A DNA stretch of 64,000 nucleotides from Escherichia phage IME08. Shown in pieces: positions 40,507-49,608 of the stretch (the first letter of the stretch is position 1; the number at the start of each line of letters is the position of its first letter). Where the stretch lies: sequence record NC_014260.1; one strand, given 5' to 3'. The notes below the pieces were generated by a model, which was given only the letters and a program-made list of their open reading frames with translations, ran no database searches and was not told the DNA's origin. The position numbers were made by a program, and so were the translations under genes.

Positions 40507-40535
40507 ATAGTATCATGTTTAAAGGCATTGTAAAC
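40507..40535 (-). promoter_or_regulatory. T4-type early promoter (GTTTAC-N17-TACTAT)
   Basis: Plus-strand ATAGTA 40507-40512 and GTAAAC 40530-40535. Confidence 0.55.
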
Positions 40536-40551
40536 CATTAAATGCCAAAAA

Positions 40552-40571
40552 GGGAAGACCGAAGTCTTCCC
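40552..40571. terminator. hairpin terminator after gene 32 (GGGAAGAC-CGAA-GTCTTCCC)
   Basis: 8-bp stem 17 nt downstream of gene 32 stop on the minus strand. Confidence 0.7.
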
Positions 40572-40587
40572 ATTATAAATCAATAAC

Positions 40588-41493
40588 TTATAGACCAGCT
40601 AACAGGTCGTCCAGACCATCGTCATCAGAAGGACTTACTGACGGCTCAGGAGTAGTGGAACGAGTTGGTGTAGACGGTTTAGAATCATATGCATCAAGGT
40701 CTGCACTGAAGGCGTCCAGGTCATCACCAATCTTATCAGCGGCTGCAGAAGCTTTAGCGGCAGCACCACCAAGAGCAGCTGTACCAACAACTTTCTTAAA
40801 CTTGGCTTCGTTAGTTTCGAATGATTTGAAATCGAGCAGTTTAGAAAGGTCGTGCATTTCTTCCATCAATTTAGCTTGGTAAGCTTCATCATTGATGTTA
40901 GGAATTTCAGACTGACCCATGAATTTGGAATCATCGTAGTTCTTGAAGTCGCCAACTTTCTTAGATTTCAGTACGAAGTTCGCACCATCAAACGGACATG
41001 TTACGTCAACCGGCACTTCACCAATATCAGTATCAACTTCAACCATCTGGTTGATTTTATCCATAATTTTCTGACCGAAACGGAATTTAAACACTTTACC
41101 TTCGTTAGCAGGCACTGCACTATCCTTAATAACAAGGATGTTAGCCCAGAAGGAAGTTTTACGTTTCATCAGTTTGTATTCGGCATTATTAGTATTAAAG
41201 GTATCATTCTGGTTCATGTATTTACATACAGGACACGAATCGAAATCACCGTGAGTAGACGTACAGTTTTCAATGTACCATTGACCATTTTTCTTAAAAC
41301 CGTGGTTAACGAGCTTAATGAATGGAGATGGATTTTCTTCGTTTTTCGAAGGTAGGAAACGAATTACCGCAGTACCAACACCGTTGTCATCTTTCAATTT
41401 CCATTCAGCTTTATCATCGGAAGAGAAAGAAGAACCACCTTTCATTGCGGACAGTTGAGCAGCCAGTTGGGAAGGGTCTTTACGTTTAAACAT
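40588..41493 (-). CDS. 32: single-stranded DNA-binding protein gp32
   Basis: 301 aa; MFKRK…VIRFLPSK…GDFDSCPVC zinc site and acidic C-terminus DDLLAGL match recalled T4 gp32. Confidence 0.95.
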   Translation of the reverse strand: MFKRKDPSQLAAQLSAMKGGSSFSSDDKAEWKLKDDNGVGTAVIRFLPSKNEENPSPFIKLVNHGFKKNGQWYIENCTSTHGDFDSCPVCKYMNQNDTFNTNNAEYKLMKRKTSFWANILVIKDSAVPANEGKVFKFRFGQKIMDKINQMVEVDTDIGEVPVDVTCPFDGANFVLKSKKVGDFKNYDDSKFMGQSEIPNINDEAYQAKLMEEMHDLSKLLDFKSFETNEAKFKKVVGTAALGGAAAKASAAADKIGDDLDAFSADLDAYDSKPSTPTRSTTPEPSVSPSDDDGLDDLLAGL

Positions 41494-41582
41494 TTTATTT
41501 ACCTTAGCAGATTTAGCAGTTGTATTTTATTAACAGTTTTTAACAGATTGAGTTAGTATATTAACACAGTTTATTTGGAGCA

Positions 41583-42236
41583 TTAAAACTTACAAGATTT
41601 GATAGTTTCAATGAACAATTTACGAGCTTCTAAATTATCAATTATAAGGATTTTCTTATAAGCATTTAATTTAGTCGAATACTTAGACCACACTAAATCG
41701 TTGGTCTGTTCATCATGTTTATTTATTATATCCATAAATGAATCAAGCAAAATAAACGTTTCGAATGAAATAACATTCGATTGAAGGAGCTTAAAAATAT
41801 AGCTCGAGTTAACTTTTTTATTATAATCAAAAATTTCAGAAAGCGCTTGAACTTCCACTTTCTTACTAAAATAATAAATGTTTTTGATATCATCCTCAAA
41901 AACTTGTTTTATTCTTTTAAGTCTACCGATATATTCTCGGTAAAAGACTAAGGCGTCAGCATCACTGATGTCGCCAATCCATGCGTCTTGGTTAGCCACC
42001 AAGTTACTCATGAAGATAAGAGCAAGCTCTTTCAAAGTGTATTTATCACTCAATTTCTCAAAGAAATATTTGTCACGACGTTTTTGATAAGCCGTATCAG
42101 AGATTCGCATGACCCAGTTATATTTTATAACGTCGTATTTGGCATTGAAGTGATGTTTGAGCATTAAGTATAGTGAATATACGCTCTTACCATTCACCAT
42201 ACGGTTATTGTTTGGTGGCATGCGAATCTTAATCAT
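41583..42236 (-). CDS. 59: helicase loader gp59
   Basis: 217 aa (T4 gp59 217 aa); position. Confidence 0.8.
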   Translation of the reverse strand: MIKIRMPPNNNRMVNGKSVYSLYLMLKHHFNAKYDVIKYNWVMRISDTAYQKRRDKYFFEKLSDKYTLKELALIFMSNLVANQDAWIGDISDADALVFYREYIGRLKRIKQVFEDDIKNIYYFSKKVEVQALSEIFDYNKKVNSSYIFKLLQSNVISFETFILLDSFMDIINKHDEQTNDLVWSKYSTKLNAYKKILIIDNLEARKLFIETIKSCKF

Positions 42237-42535
42237 AACAAGAAATCCAGGGTATTAGTCTTTTGCGTTCGGGCCATTGAAGGTCGAAGCAAGTTATCAT
42301 CAATGGCTTCGTTCATAATTTTATCAATAATTCCTGCAGGCAAATAACGAGCAAAGTTACCTTCAGGGATGCTGTTCTCTTCCAACCATGCGGTAGCCGC
42401 TTCGAGATAGCTACATCCTTCAGCCTCAACAAAGGCCTCAATATCAAGGCCATTCTGTTGTTTGTTCACCAATACATGGACAGGTTCGGAAGCGGTATTA
42501 ACCGCTCCATCAAAATCATTCAAAGATTGTGTCAT
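42233..42535 (-). CDS. 33: late transcription co-activator gp33
   Basis: 100 aa; C-terminal LDFLL clamp-binding-like motif. Confidence 0.65.
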   Translation of the reverse strand: MTQSLNDFDGAVNTASEPVHVLVNKQQNGLDIEAFVEAEGCSYLEAATAWLEENSIPEGNFARYLPAGIIDKIMNEAIDDNLLRPSMARTQKTNTLDFLL

Positions 42536-42794
42536 ACAGTTCTACCACTTCAGTTTTTTCGTCTTCGAAACGTTCACGAGTGCCTTTATGATACAGGGAG
42601 AACAGTTGGTTAAACATTTTACCGTCTACACCAAGTTCAGTCTTAGCACGGTCTTTGATATCTTTAATTTCGTCACCGTAAGCTTCCATTTTTAATTTAG
42701 TATCGGAAGCCGACTTAATCAGTTGTGCCAATGTGTTGCCATGTTCTTCTTGATTGAATTCAACTTTCACTTTTTCTTTAGCCATTATATTCAC
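42516..42794 (-). CDS. dsbA: double-stranded DNA-binding protein DsbA
   Basis: 92-aa basic protein at the T4 dsbA position. Confidence 0.6.
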   Translation of the reverse strand: MNIMAKEKVKVEFNQEEHGNTLAQLIKSASDTKLKMEAYGDEIKDIKDRAKTELGVDGKMFNQLFSLYHKGTRERFEDEKTEVVELYDTIFE

Positions 42795-42795
42795 C

Positions 42796-43743
42796 TTAAT
42801 AAAAATCAGCTACTGTAGCGGTTAGTTTAGACAAACCGGATTTAACGAAATAAGGATAAACTTTAGATTTCGAAGGTTTGTTATACGTATTATATCTTTC
42901 AGTAATTAAAGCAACAATATCATCCGGAATAAAGTCCATATCAATTAAGATTTGGTTTTCACAGAAACGTTCATATTGTTCTTCAGTAAGAAGTGTTTTA
43001 ATTATATCATGGTCATAATAATTAAGAGCAATTGCTTCAAGTTCCTTAGCACGAGTGCTAGGAGTACGTTCACCTTCAACCATTGTCAACCAGTAATCAC
43101 CACGAACTTTAATACTCGCGACGTTATCTTTACGGTCGCCTTTAACTACTTTAGTTACGCAATCAAGCAAGGCATCACCAGATTTCGTTTTGACGAATTT
43201 TTTCTGCATTGGAGACCATTGTTTCACCCCAGGGAATTTATGGAGTTGGGTAAAGTCACCATCAGAAGAACCAATCATAACCGGATGGCCTAAAGCCGTG
43301 AGGATTCGGGTTAAAACAGCAATATGGTCATCAGCTTCGATTGTATCGATGTTCATAACAATATAAGGCATGTTTTGTTCCAGTTCATCAACAATAATAT
43401 GCATTGCTGTGAATAAACCTTCCCAATCAAATGGTGATTCGTCACGTGCCTTAGCACGGTTTTTCTTATAATAAGAAGAATAACGACGACGCCAATAACC
43501 TGATTTAGAGTTATCAACACAAATAATCAGTTGGTTGTAACCTTGTTTTTTAAAGTCTTTAATGTTTTTCTTAATTGAATTCAACACAAGGTGTCGAAGC
43601 ATTGCTGTAGTTACTTTAGGAAATCCAGCATTTTCACCAAATTCTTGGAATGCGGCAGCCATAATGATTTGGCTAAAGTCTAACAACAAGAATCCATCTT
43701 TTTGACGTTCTTCTTCAGGAAGTAAAAAATCTAAATCGTTCAT
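42796..43743 (-). CDS. rnh: RNase H (5'-3' exonuclease / flap endonuclease)
   Basis: Start at ATG 43743 (MNDLDFLL…); colinear with recalled T4 RNase H (SSDGDFTQLHK, WSPMQKK, KGDRKDNVASIKVR). Confidence 0.9.
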   Translation of the reverse strand: MNDLDFLLPEEERQKDGFLLLDFSQIIMAAAFQEFGENAGFPKVTTAMLRHLVLNSIKKNIKDFKKQGYNQLIICVDNSKSGYWRRRYSSYYKKNRAKARDESPFDWEGLFTAMHIIVDELEQNMPYIVMNIDTIEADDHIAVLTRILTALGHPVMIGSSDGDFTQLHKFPGVKQWSPMQKKFVKTKSGDALLDCVTKVVKGDRKDNVASIKVRGDYWLTMVEGERTPSTRAKELEAIALNYYDHDIIKTLLTEEQYERFCENQILIDMDFIPDDIVALITERYNTYNKPSKSKVYPYFVKSGLSKLTATVADFY

Positions 43744-43810
43744 ATGAACCTCTGTCCAATTAGTGTAGAGGTTCATTATATCATGACCCTAGAAGAAGTA
43801 AACACTTTGC

Positions 43811-43818
43811 TATAAATA
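43811..43818 (+). promoter_or_regulatory. late promoter TATAAATA (gene 34)
   Basis: Exact TATAAATA 33 nt upstream of gene 34 ATG. Confidence 0.65.
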
Positions 43819-43850
43819 GTTCTATACCCTGAAAACGAAAAGGAAATAAA

Positions 43851-46800
43851 ATGGCTGATATTTTAAAACCTGCATTCCGTGCTACATCCGGACTCGATGC
43901 TGCGGGCGAGAAAGTTATCAATGTTGCCAAAGCCGATTACAATGTATTAGATGATGGCGTCAACGTTGAATTCTTTATAGATGAGAACACCATCCAGGCG
44001 TACGACGAGACGCGCGGATATAAGAAAGGGTTTGCAGTAATCCATGACCAACGTATCTGGGTTGCTCAACGTGATATCGATGCTCCTGCAGGAACCTTTG
44101 TACCTGGTTATTGGACTGCTACCCGTACTGACCCTAAATGGATTACCGTAGCGTCTCCTACACGCCAGCTGGCTTCCGGTGAATATATTGCAGTAGATTC
44201 TGCTGCTAGCTTTACTACATTTACCCTGCCTCCTAACCCTACTGATGGCGATACCGTTGTAATTAAAGATATTGGCGGACGTGTTGGTTATAACGAAATC
44301 AAGGTCCAATCTAGTTCTGCTCCTGGCGGCGGTAACCAGAAAATTGTTCGTTTTGGTAATCAGTTTACTGAGACCTTAATTACGAAGCCTTTTTCTTATA
44401 ACATGCTTATCTTTGCTAACCGTCTTTGGCATTTCTGGGAAGCAGGTAATGAAGAACGTGGTATCCGTGTAGAACCAAACATGGCCCAGTTCCAATCACA
44501 AGCAGGTGATAACGTTCTCCGTCGTTATACTTCAGGTGCAATAATTAAGTTTACTCTTCCTAAGTATGCAAACCAAGGTGATATGATTAAAACCGTTGAT
44601 ATCGATGGTTTAGGAAGTAAGTTCCACTTAATCGTTGAAACGTTTGATGCTTCATCTTCATTAGGTAAGCTTGGTCAGCATAGCATGGAATTCCGTACCT
44701 CAGGTGATGGATTCTTTGTTTATAACTCTACCGAAAAATTATGGTATGTTTGGGACGGCGACCGTCAAACTCGTTTACGTGTAATTCGTGACGATGTTGA
44801 GCTCTTGGCTAATGAAAGTGTTATTGTTTTTGGCCCTAATAATACAACACCACAGACGATTAATATCACATTACCCACAAGCGTAGCCCAGGGTGATGTC
44901 GTTAAGATTGCTCTGAACTATCTCCGTAAAGCTCAGACGGTAAATATTAAGGCAGCCGTAGGAGATAAAATAGCTTCTTCGGTTCAATTGCTCCAGTTCC
45001 CTAAACGTTCTGAATATCCGCCGGATACCGAATGGGTATTGAATGATGTATTGACTTTCAATGGTAACTTAAGTTATACTCCGGTTATTGAACTGAGTTA
45101 TATCGAAGACTCAACCACAGGTGGCAAATATTGGGTTGTTGCCCAGAACGTTCCTACTGTAGAACGTGTGGATTCTAAGGATGATTTAACTCGCGCGCGT
45201 CTCGGTGTTATTGCTCTGGCGTCACAGACCCAAGCAAACGTCGACCATGAAAATAATCCTGAAAAAGAACTGGCTATCACCCCACAGACTTTAGCTAATC
45301 GTGTAGCGACTGAATCACGACGTGGTATTGCTCGTATTGCTACAACTGCTCAGGTAAACCAGAATACTGGATTTGCATTCCAGGACGATTTGATTATTTC
45401 TCCTAAGAAATTAAACGAACGTACTGCTACCGAAACTCGTCGTGGTGTCGCTGAAATTGCTACGCAACAGGAAACTGATGCAGGTGTTGATGATACAACC
45501 ATTATCACTCCTAAGAAGCTACAGACGCGCCAGGGAACCGAAACCCTGTCAGGTATAGTAAAATACGTATCCACCACAGGAACCACTCCTGCGGACTCTA
45601 GAGCAACTGTAGGTACTAACGTTTATAATAAGAACACAACTACTTTAGTTATTTCTCCTAAAGCTTTGGACCAATATAAAGCTAACTATGAGAACCAAGG
45701 CGCTGTATATCTTGCTACGCAAGCCGAAGTTAACGCTGGTGCTACTAACCAAGGTTTTAGTAACTCAGCTGTTACACCTGAAACATTAGGTGCTCGTCGT
45801 GCTACTGATACTAATCACGGTTTAATTGAAATTGCTACGCAAGCAGAGACTGATGCTGGAACTGATTATACTCGTGCGGTAACGCCTAAGACGTTAAATG
45901 ACAGGAATGCTACTCAAACACTTACTGGTATTGCTCGTATTGGTACTCAAGTAGAATTTGATGCAGGTGTATTAGATAATGTTATTTCAACTCCGTTGAA
46001 AATTAAAACACGTTTTAATAATACTGCTAGAACTTCTGTCTCAGCAGCCAGTGGTTTGGTTGAATCAGGAACCTTATGGAACCATTATACACTAGATATC
46101 CGAGAAGCAAGTAATACTCAACGTGGTACGGCTCGTTTGGCTACCCAAACTGAAGTTAATACTGGTACCGATGACAAAACAATCATCACTCCGCTTAAGC
46201 TTCAAGCTAAAAAGGCTACCGAAAACGCTGAAGGTATTATCCAACTCGCTACTCAGGCCGAAGTTATTGATGGTACGGTAAGTAATAAAGCGTTTAGTCC
46301 TAAGCATTACAAATATATCGTTCAACAGGAAAAATCCTGGGAAGCTACTTCTGCTCGTAGAGGATATGTTAAATTAACCACAGGTACAGCCACTTGGGAA
46401 GGTGACGACACTAATGGTTCTGTTGCTAACCTGGCTAAATTTGAAGATTCCGGCTTTGCTATTTCCCCTCTTCAAATGAACACCGCTTTAACTCATTATC
46501 TTCCGATTAAAGGTAAGGCTTTTGACTCTGATAAATTGGACAACCTGGATAGCTCTCAGTTCGTCAGGAGAGATATTGACCAAATAGTTGAAGGAACATT
46601 AACCCTTCGTAAAAACATCAGAGTGGATGGCCAGTTGGCTACAGGCGGTACTGGTGAATTTGGTGGTTCTTTAGCTGCTAATAGCACATTTACCCTCCGT
46701 AATACAGGAACGGCTACGCGTATAATATTTGAAAAGGGTCCTCAAACAGGAACCAACCCTGCCCAATCTATGAGTATTCGCGTATGGGGTAACCAATTTG

Positions 46801-47750
46801 GCGGCGGGTCCGACCAAACCCGTTCTACAGTGTTTGAAGTTGGCGATGAAACCTCTAACCACTTCTATAGCCAGCGTAACAATTTAGGTAACATTACCAT
46901 GAGTATTAATGGTACTGTCCAACCTATTAATGTTAACGCTTCAGGTTCATTGAACGCTTCCGGTGTTGCAACATTTGGTAGTTCAGTTACGGCCAATGGT
47001 GAATTCATTAGCAAGTCTGCAAACGCATTTAGAGCAATTAGTGGTGATTACGGATTCCTTATTCGCAATGATGGCACTAATACCTATTTTTTGCTAACCC
47101 ATCCAGGAGGCCAGACTGGCGGATTTAGTGGATTGCGTCCTTTAGCTATTAATAATACATCCGGCCAGGTTACAATTGCCGAAGGGCTTGTTATTGCTAA
47201 AGGTGCTACTATAAACTCAGGTGGTTTAACTGTTAATTCTAGAATTCGTTCACAGGGTTCTAAACCTGCTGACCTTTATTCGAGAAAACCTGATGCAGAT
47301 AATACAGGCTTCTGGTCTGTTGACGTTAATGATTCAGCCACATATAACCAGTTCCCAGGTTATTTTAAAATGGTTGAAAAGACCAACGAAGTAACCGGAC
47401 TGCCGTATCTGGTCCGCGGTGAAGAAGTTAAATCTCCTGGTACGTTAACTCAGTTCGGTAACACTCTGAATTCGCTTTACCAAGATTGGATTACCTATCC
47501 AAATACTGCAGACGGAAGCACTACTCGTTGGACTCGTACTTGGCAGCAAAATAAAAATGCTTGGTCTGGATTTGTTCAGGTATTTGATGGCGGTAACCCA
47601 CCACAACCGTCCGATATCGGTGCTTTGCCTTCTGACAACGCTTCAATGAGTAACTTGACCATTCGTGATTGGTTACGTATCGGTAACGTACGTATGGTTC
47701 CGGACCCGGTAACTCGTTCTGTTAAATTCGAATGGATTGATACACCATAA
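43851..47750 (+). CDS. 34: long tail fibre proximal subunit gp34
   Basis: 1299 aa (T4 1289 aa); repeated ETRRGxAxIAT motifs. Confidence 0.9.
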   Translation: MADILKPAFRATSGLDAAGEKVINVAKADYNVLDDGVNVEFFIDENTIQAYDETRGYKKGFAVIHDQRIWVAQRDIDAPAGTFVPGYWTATRTDPKWITVASPTRQLASGEYIAVDSAASFTTFTLPPNPTDGDTVVIKDIGGRVGYNEIKVQSSSAPGGGNQKIVRFGNQFTETLITKPFSYNMLIFANRLWHFWEAGNEERGIRVEPNMAQFQSQAGDNVLRRYTSGAIIKFTLPKYANQGDMIKTVDIDGLGSKFHLIVETFDASSSLGKLGQHSMEFRTSGDGFFVYNSTEKLWYVWDGDRQTRLRVIRDDVELLANESVIVFGPNNTTPQTINITLPTSVAQGDVVKIALNYLRKAQTVNIKAAVGDKIASSVQLLQFPKRSEYPPDTEWVLNDVLTFNGNLSYTPVIELSYIEDSTTGGKYWVVAQNVPTVERVDSKDDLTRARLGVIALASQTQANVDHENNPEKELAITPQTLANRVATESRRGIARIATTAQVNQNTGFAFQDDLIISPKKLNERTATETRRGVAEIATQQETDAGVDDTTIITPKKLQTRQGTETLSGIVKYVSTTGTTPADSRATVGTNVYNKNTTTLVISPKALDQYKANYENQGAVYLATQAEVNAGATNQGFSNSAVTPETLGARRATDTNHGLIEIATQAETDAGTDYTRAVTPKTLNDRNATQTLTGIARIGTQVEFDAGVLDNVISTPLKIKTRFNNTARTSVSAASGLVESGTLWNHYTLDIREASNTQRGTARLATQTEVNTGTDDKTIITPLKLQAKKATENAEGIIQLATQAEVIDGTVSNKAFSPKHYKYIVQQEKSWEATSARRGYVKLTTGTATWEGDDTNGSVANLAKFEDSGFAISPLQMNTALTHYLPIKGKAFDSDKLDNLDSSQFVRRDIDQIVEGTLTLRKNIRVDGQLATGGTGEFGGSLAANSTFTLRNTGTATRIIFEKGPQTGTNPAQSMSIRVWGNQFGGGSDQTRSTVFEVGDETSNHFYSQRNNLGNITMSINGTVQPINVNASGSLNASGVATFGSSVTANGEFISKSANAFRAISGDYGFLIRNDGTNTYFLLTHPGGQTGGFSGLRPLAINNTSGQVTIAEGLVIAKGATINSGGLTVNSRIRSQGSKPADLYSRKPDADNTGFWSVDVNDSATYNQFPGYFKMVEKTNEVTGLPYLVRGEEVKSPGTLTQFGNTLNSLYQDWITYPNTADGSTTRWTRTWQQNKNAWSGFVQVFDGGNPPQPSDIGALPSDNASMSNLTIRDWLRIGNVRMVPDPVTRSVKFEWIDTP

Positions 47751-47758
47751 GAGGTAAT

Positions 47759-48883
47759 ATGGAAAGATTTATGGCTGAATTTGGACAAGATTACGTTCAA
47801 ATTCCTGTACTATCTGAAAATAATGCCGTTAGTTATAAACTTAGTATAGCAGGGAGCTGTACTAAGTCCACTAAAAAGGCTTATATTAAATTTCAAGATG
47901 AGGACTTAGGTCCTCAGAATTTCCAATCTGGCCTAAATTTGGTTGAAATAGACCCGACCAATAACACAATAGTGACTACAAAATCATACGCCTTTACTAA
48001 AGACCATGATGTTATTTCCCAAGCGTTTATAACTTATATTTCGTCTATACCCGCCGGTAGAATTGTTTGCTTTATTTCTTCCGGTAAATTAAACGCCTCA
48101 CAGGTATTAATTGATTGGTTTAGAGCTTCCGGTTCTACAGCGTTTCCAGATAAATGGCTCATTGATAAAGTGGATACTTCTTATTCAGCTTTTTATGTTT
48201 CAGGAAGGAATGCTATAGTAATGGAACACGTGCTTTATAACGACGGCGTTTTGGTAGAAGACGTTTCCACCCCATTAGAAGTCGTTTATGACAACTTTAA
48301 TGATGTAGGAGGAACTGGGTTCCCTGTTAGAGTCATTGAAGATGAAAACACTTACTATAGTGGAGCTACTCAAGAAATTAAAAGGTTTCCTACCGAATCC
48401 ACTATAACTCCTTGTGCCGGTTATAATATGGTTCCTGGAGATTTCTTTTATCTCAAATTTCAAATGACCTACGACCAGGCTTTAAAAGATTTAGGAACGA
48501 CCCAGATGTCCATACGATTTTTTAATGGCCAGGAAATGATTCAATCCACTGATATCAATATTCCTGTAGGAGCGGGCTCTCCACCAGCAGGTGCATGGAT
48601 GTCTTTTGAGCGCGTAATAGAAGTTCCGCCGAATGCCAATGGTTTTACATTATATTGTAGAAAAACTGTCTCAGGCGGAGTAGGAGGTGTTAGGAATGTT
48701 ATGTTTGGTGAAATAGCTAGACCTGAAGATACTCCTAAATCCGCTGAAATTGGTGTTAACGGTATTCGTATGAGCTACGGTACTGAAACCCGTTCAATGG
48801 GTAATGTTATTGCACAATTGAATGACAAATCATCTGGTAATGCAGGTAAAGTATTTGTTCAAGAATTTAAAGAAAAATATTAA
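47759..48883 (+). CDS. 35: long tail fibre hinge connector gp35
   Basis: 374 aa (T4 372 aa). Confidence 0.8.
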   Translation: MERFMAEFGQDYVQIPVLSENNAVSYKLSIAGSCTKSTKKAYIKFQDEDLGPQNFQSGLNLVEIDPTNNTIVTTKSYAFTKDHDVISQAFITYISSIPAGRIVCFISSGKLNASQVLIDWFRASGSTAFPDKWLIDKVDTSYSAFYVSGRNAIVMEHVLYNDGVLVEDVSTPLEVVYDNFNDVGGTGFPVRVIEDENTYYSGATQEIKRFPTESTITPCAGYNMVPGDFFYLKFQMTYDQALKDLGTTQMSIRFFNGQEMIQSTDINIPVGAGSPPAGAWMSFERVIEVPPNANGFTLYCRKTVSGGVGGVRNVMFGEIARPEDTPKSAEIGVNGIRMSYGTETRSMGNVIAQLNDKSSGNAGKVFVQEFKEKY

Positions 48884-48899
48884 GGGACCTTACGGTCCC
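48884..48899. terminator. hairpin GGGACC-TTAC-GGTCCC after gene 35
   Basis: Directly after TAA of gene 35, followed by a T-run. Confidence 0.6.
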
Positions 48900-48907
48900 T
48901 TTTTTGC

Positions 48908-48915
48908 TATAAATA
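48908..48915 (+). promoter_or_regulatory. late promoter TATAAATA (gene 36)
   Basis: TATAAATA 26 nt upstream of gene 36 ATG. Confidence 0.65.
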
Positions 48916-48940
48916 CGTTATCTAATAAAGAGGAATAACT

Positions 48941-49600
48941 ATGGCTGATTTAAAATTAGGCTCAACCGCTGGAGGTTCCGTTATATGGCACCAAGGCAAT
49001 TTTCCGCTGACGCCGGTATCAAATGATATTTTATATAAGACCTACAAAATCTATACTGAATTTAATAAGCCTCAAGCCGCTGATAACGATTTTGTTTCTA
49101 AGGCCAACGGTGGGAATTATTTAGGTACAGTAAACTTTGATAAAGACTTGCAATTTAAAGATTCTGATGGATACTGGGTTAAATTAGGTAGAAAAACCAA
49201 TACAACTCCAATGTCATCCACGTATTCTTTCTCATTCAGAATGAGTAAAGGCATGGGTCTTGAAACTGAAACAGGAACCCCATTTGTAATCTTTGACCCT
49301 AGCACTACAGTAGGAGCTAACCGTCTTACAGTAATGGGTGATATCCTTGGACGTCAAATTAAAGACGAATCCGGAAGAGTATTTTCTCCAGGGAATACTC
49401 CGACAAAAGCCCAGGTGGGTTTAAGCGATGTAGATAACGCAAAACAGGTCCAAATAAATAATAGTAACATACAATCTATGGCTGGCGTTCTTTCAGCCCC
49501 GAATTTTATATCTAGGAACCCAGGTACATTGAACGAACACGTTCCTCGTATCGACCAGGTTGTTCTTAGAGGTACATCTGAAGATTTTGGATATTATTAA
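48941..49600 (+). CDS. 36: long tail fibre distal connector gp36
   Basis: 219 aa (T4 221 aa). Confidence 0.8.
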   Translation: MADLKLGSTAGGSVIWHQGNFPLTPVSNDILYKTYKIYTEFNKPQAADNDFVSKANGGNYLGTVNFDKDLQFKDSDGYWVKLGRKTNTTPMSSTYSFSFRMSKGMGLETETGTPFVIFDPSTTVGANRLTVMGDILGRQIKDESGRVFSPGNTPTKAQVGLSDVDNAKQVQINNSNIQSMAGVLSAPNFISRNPGTLNEHVPRIDQVVLRGTSEDFGYY

Positions 49601-49608
49601 GAGGCATT

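Noticed and set aside
40852-41355. 167-aa plus-strand ORF inside gene 32
   Set aside because: Antisense to the gp32 coding sequence, which is near-identical to T4 gp32.
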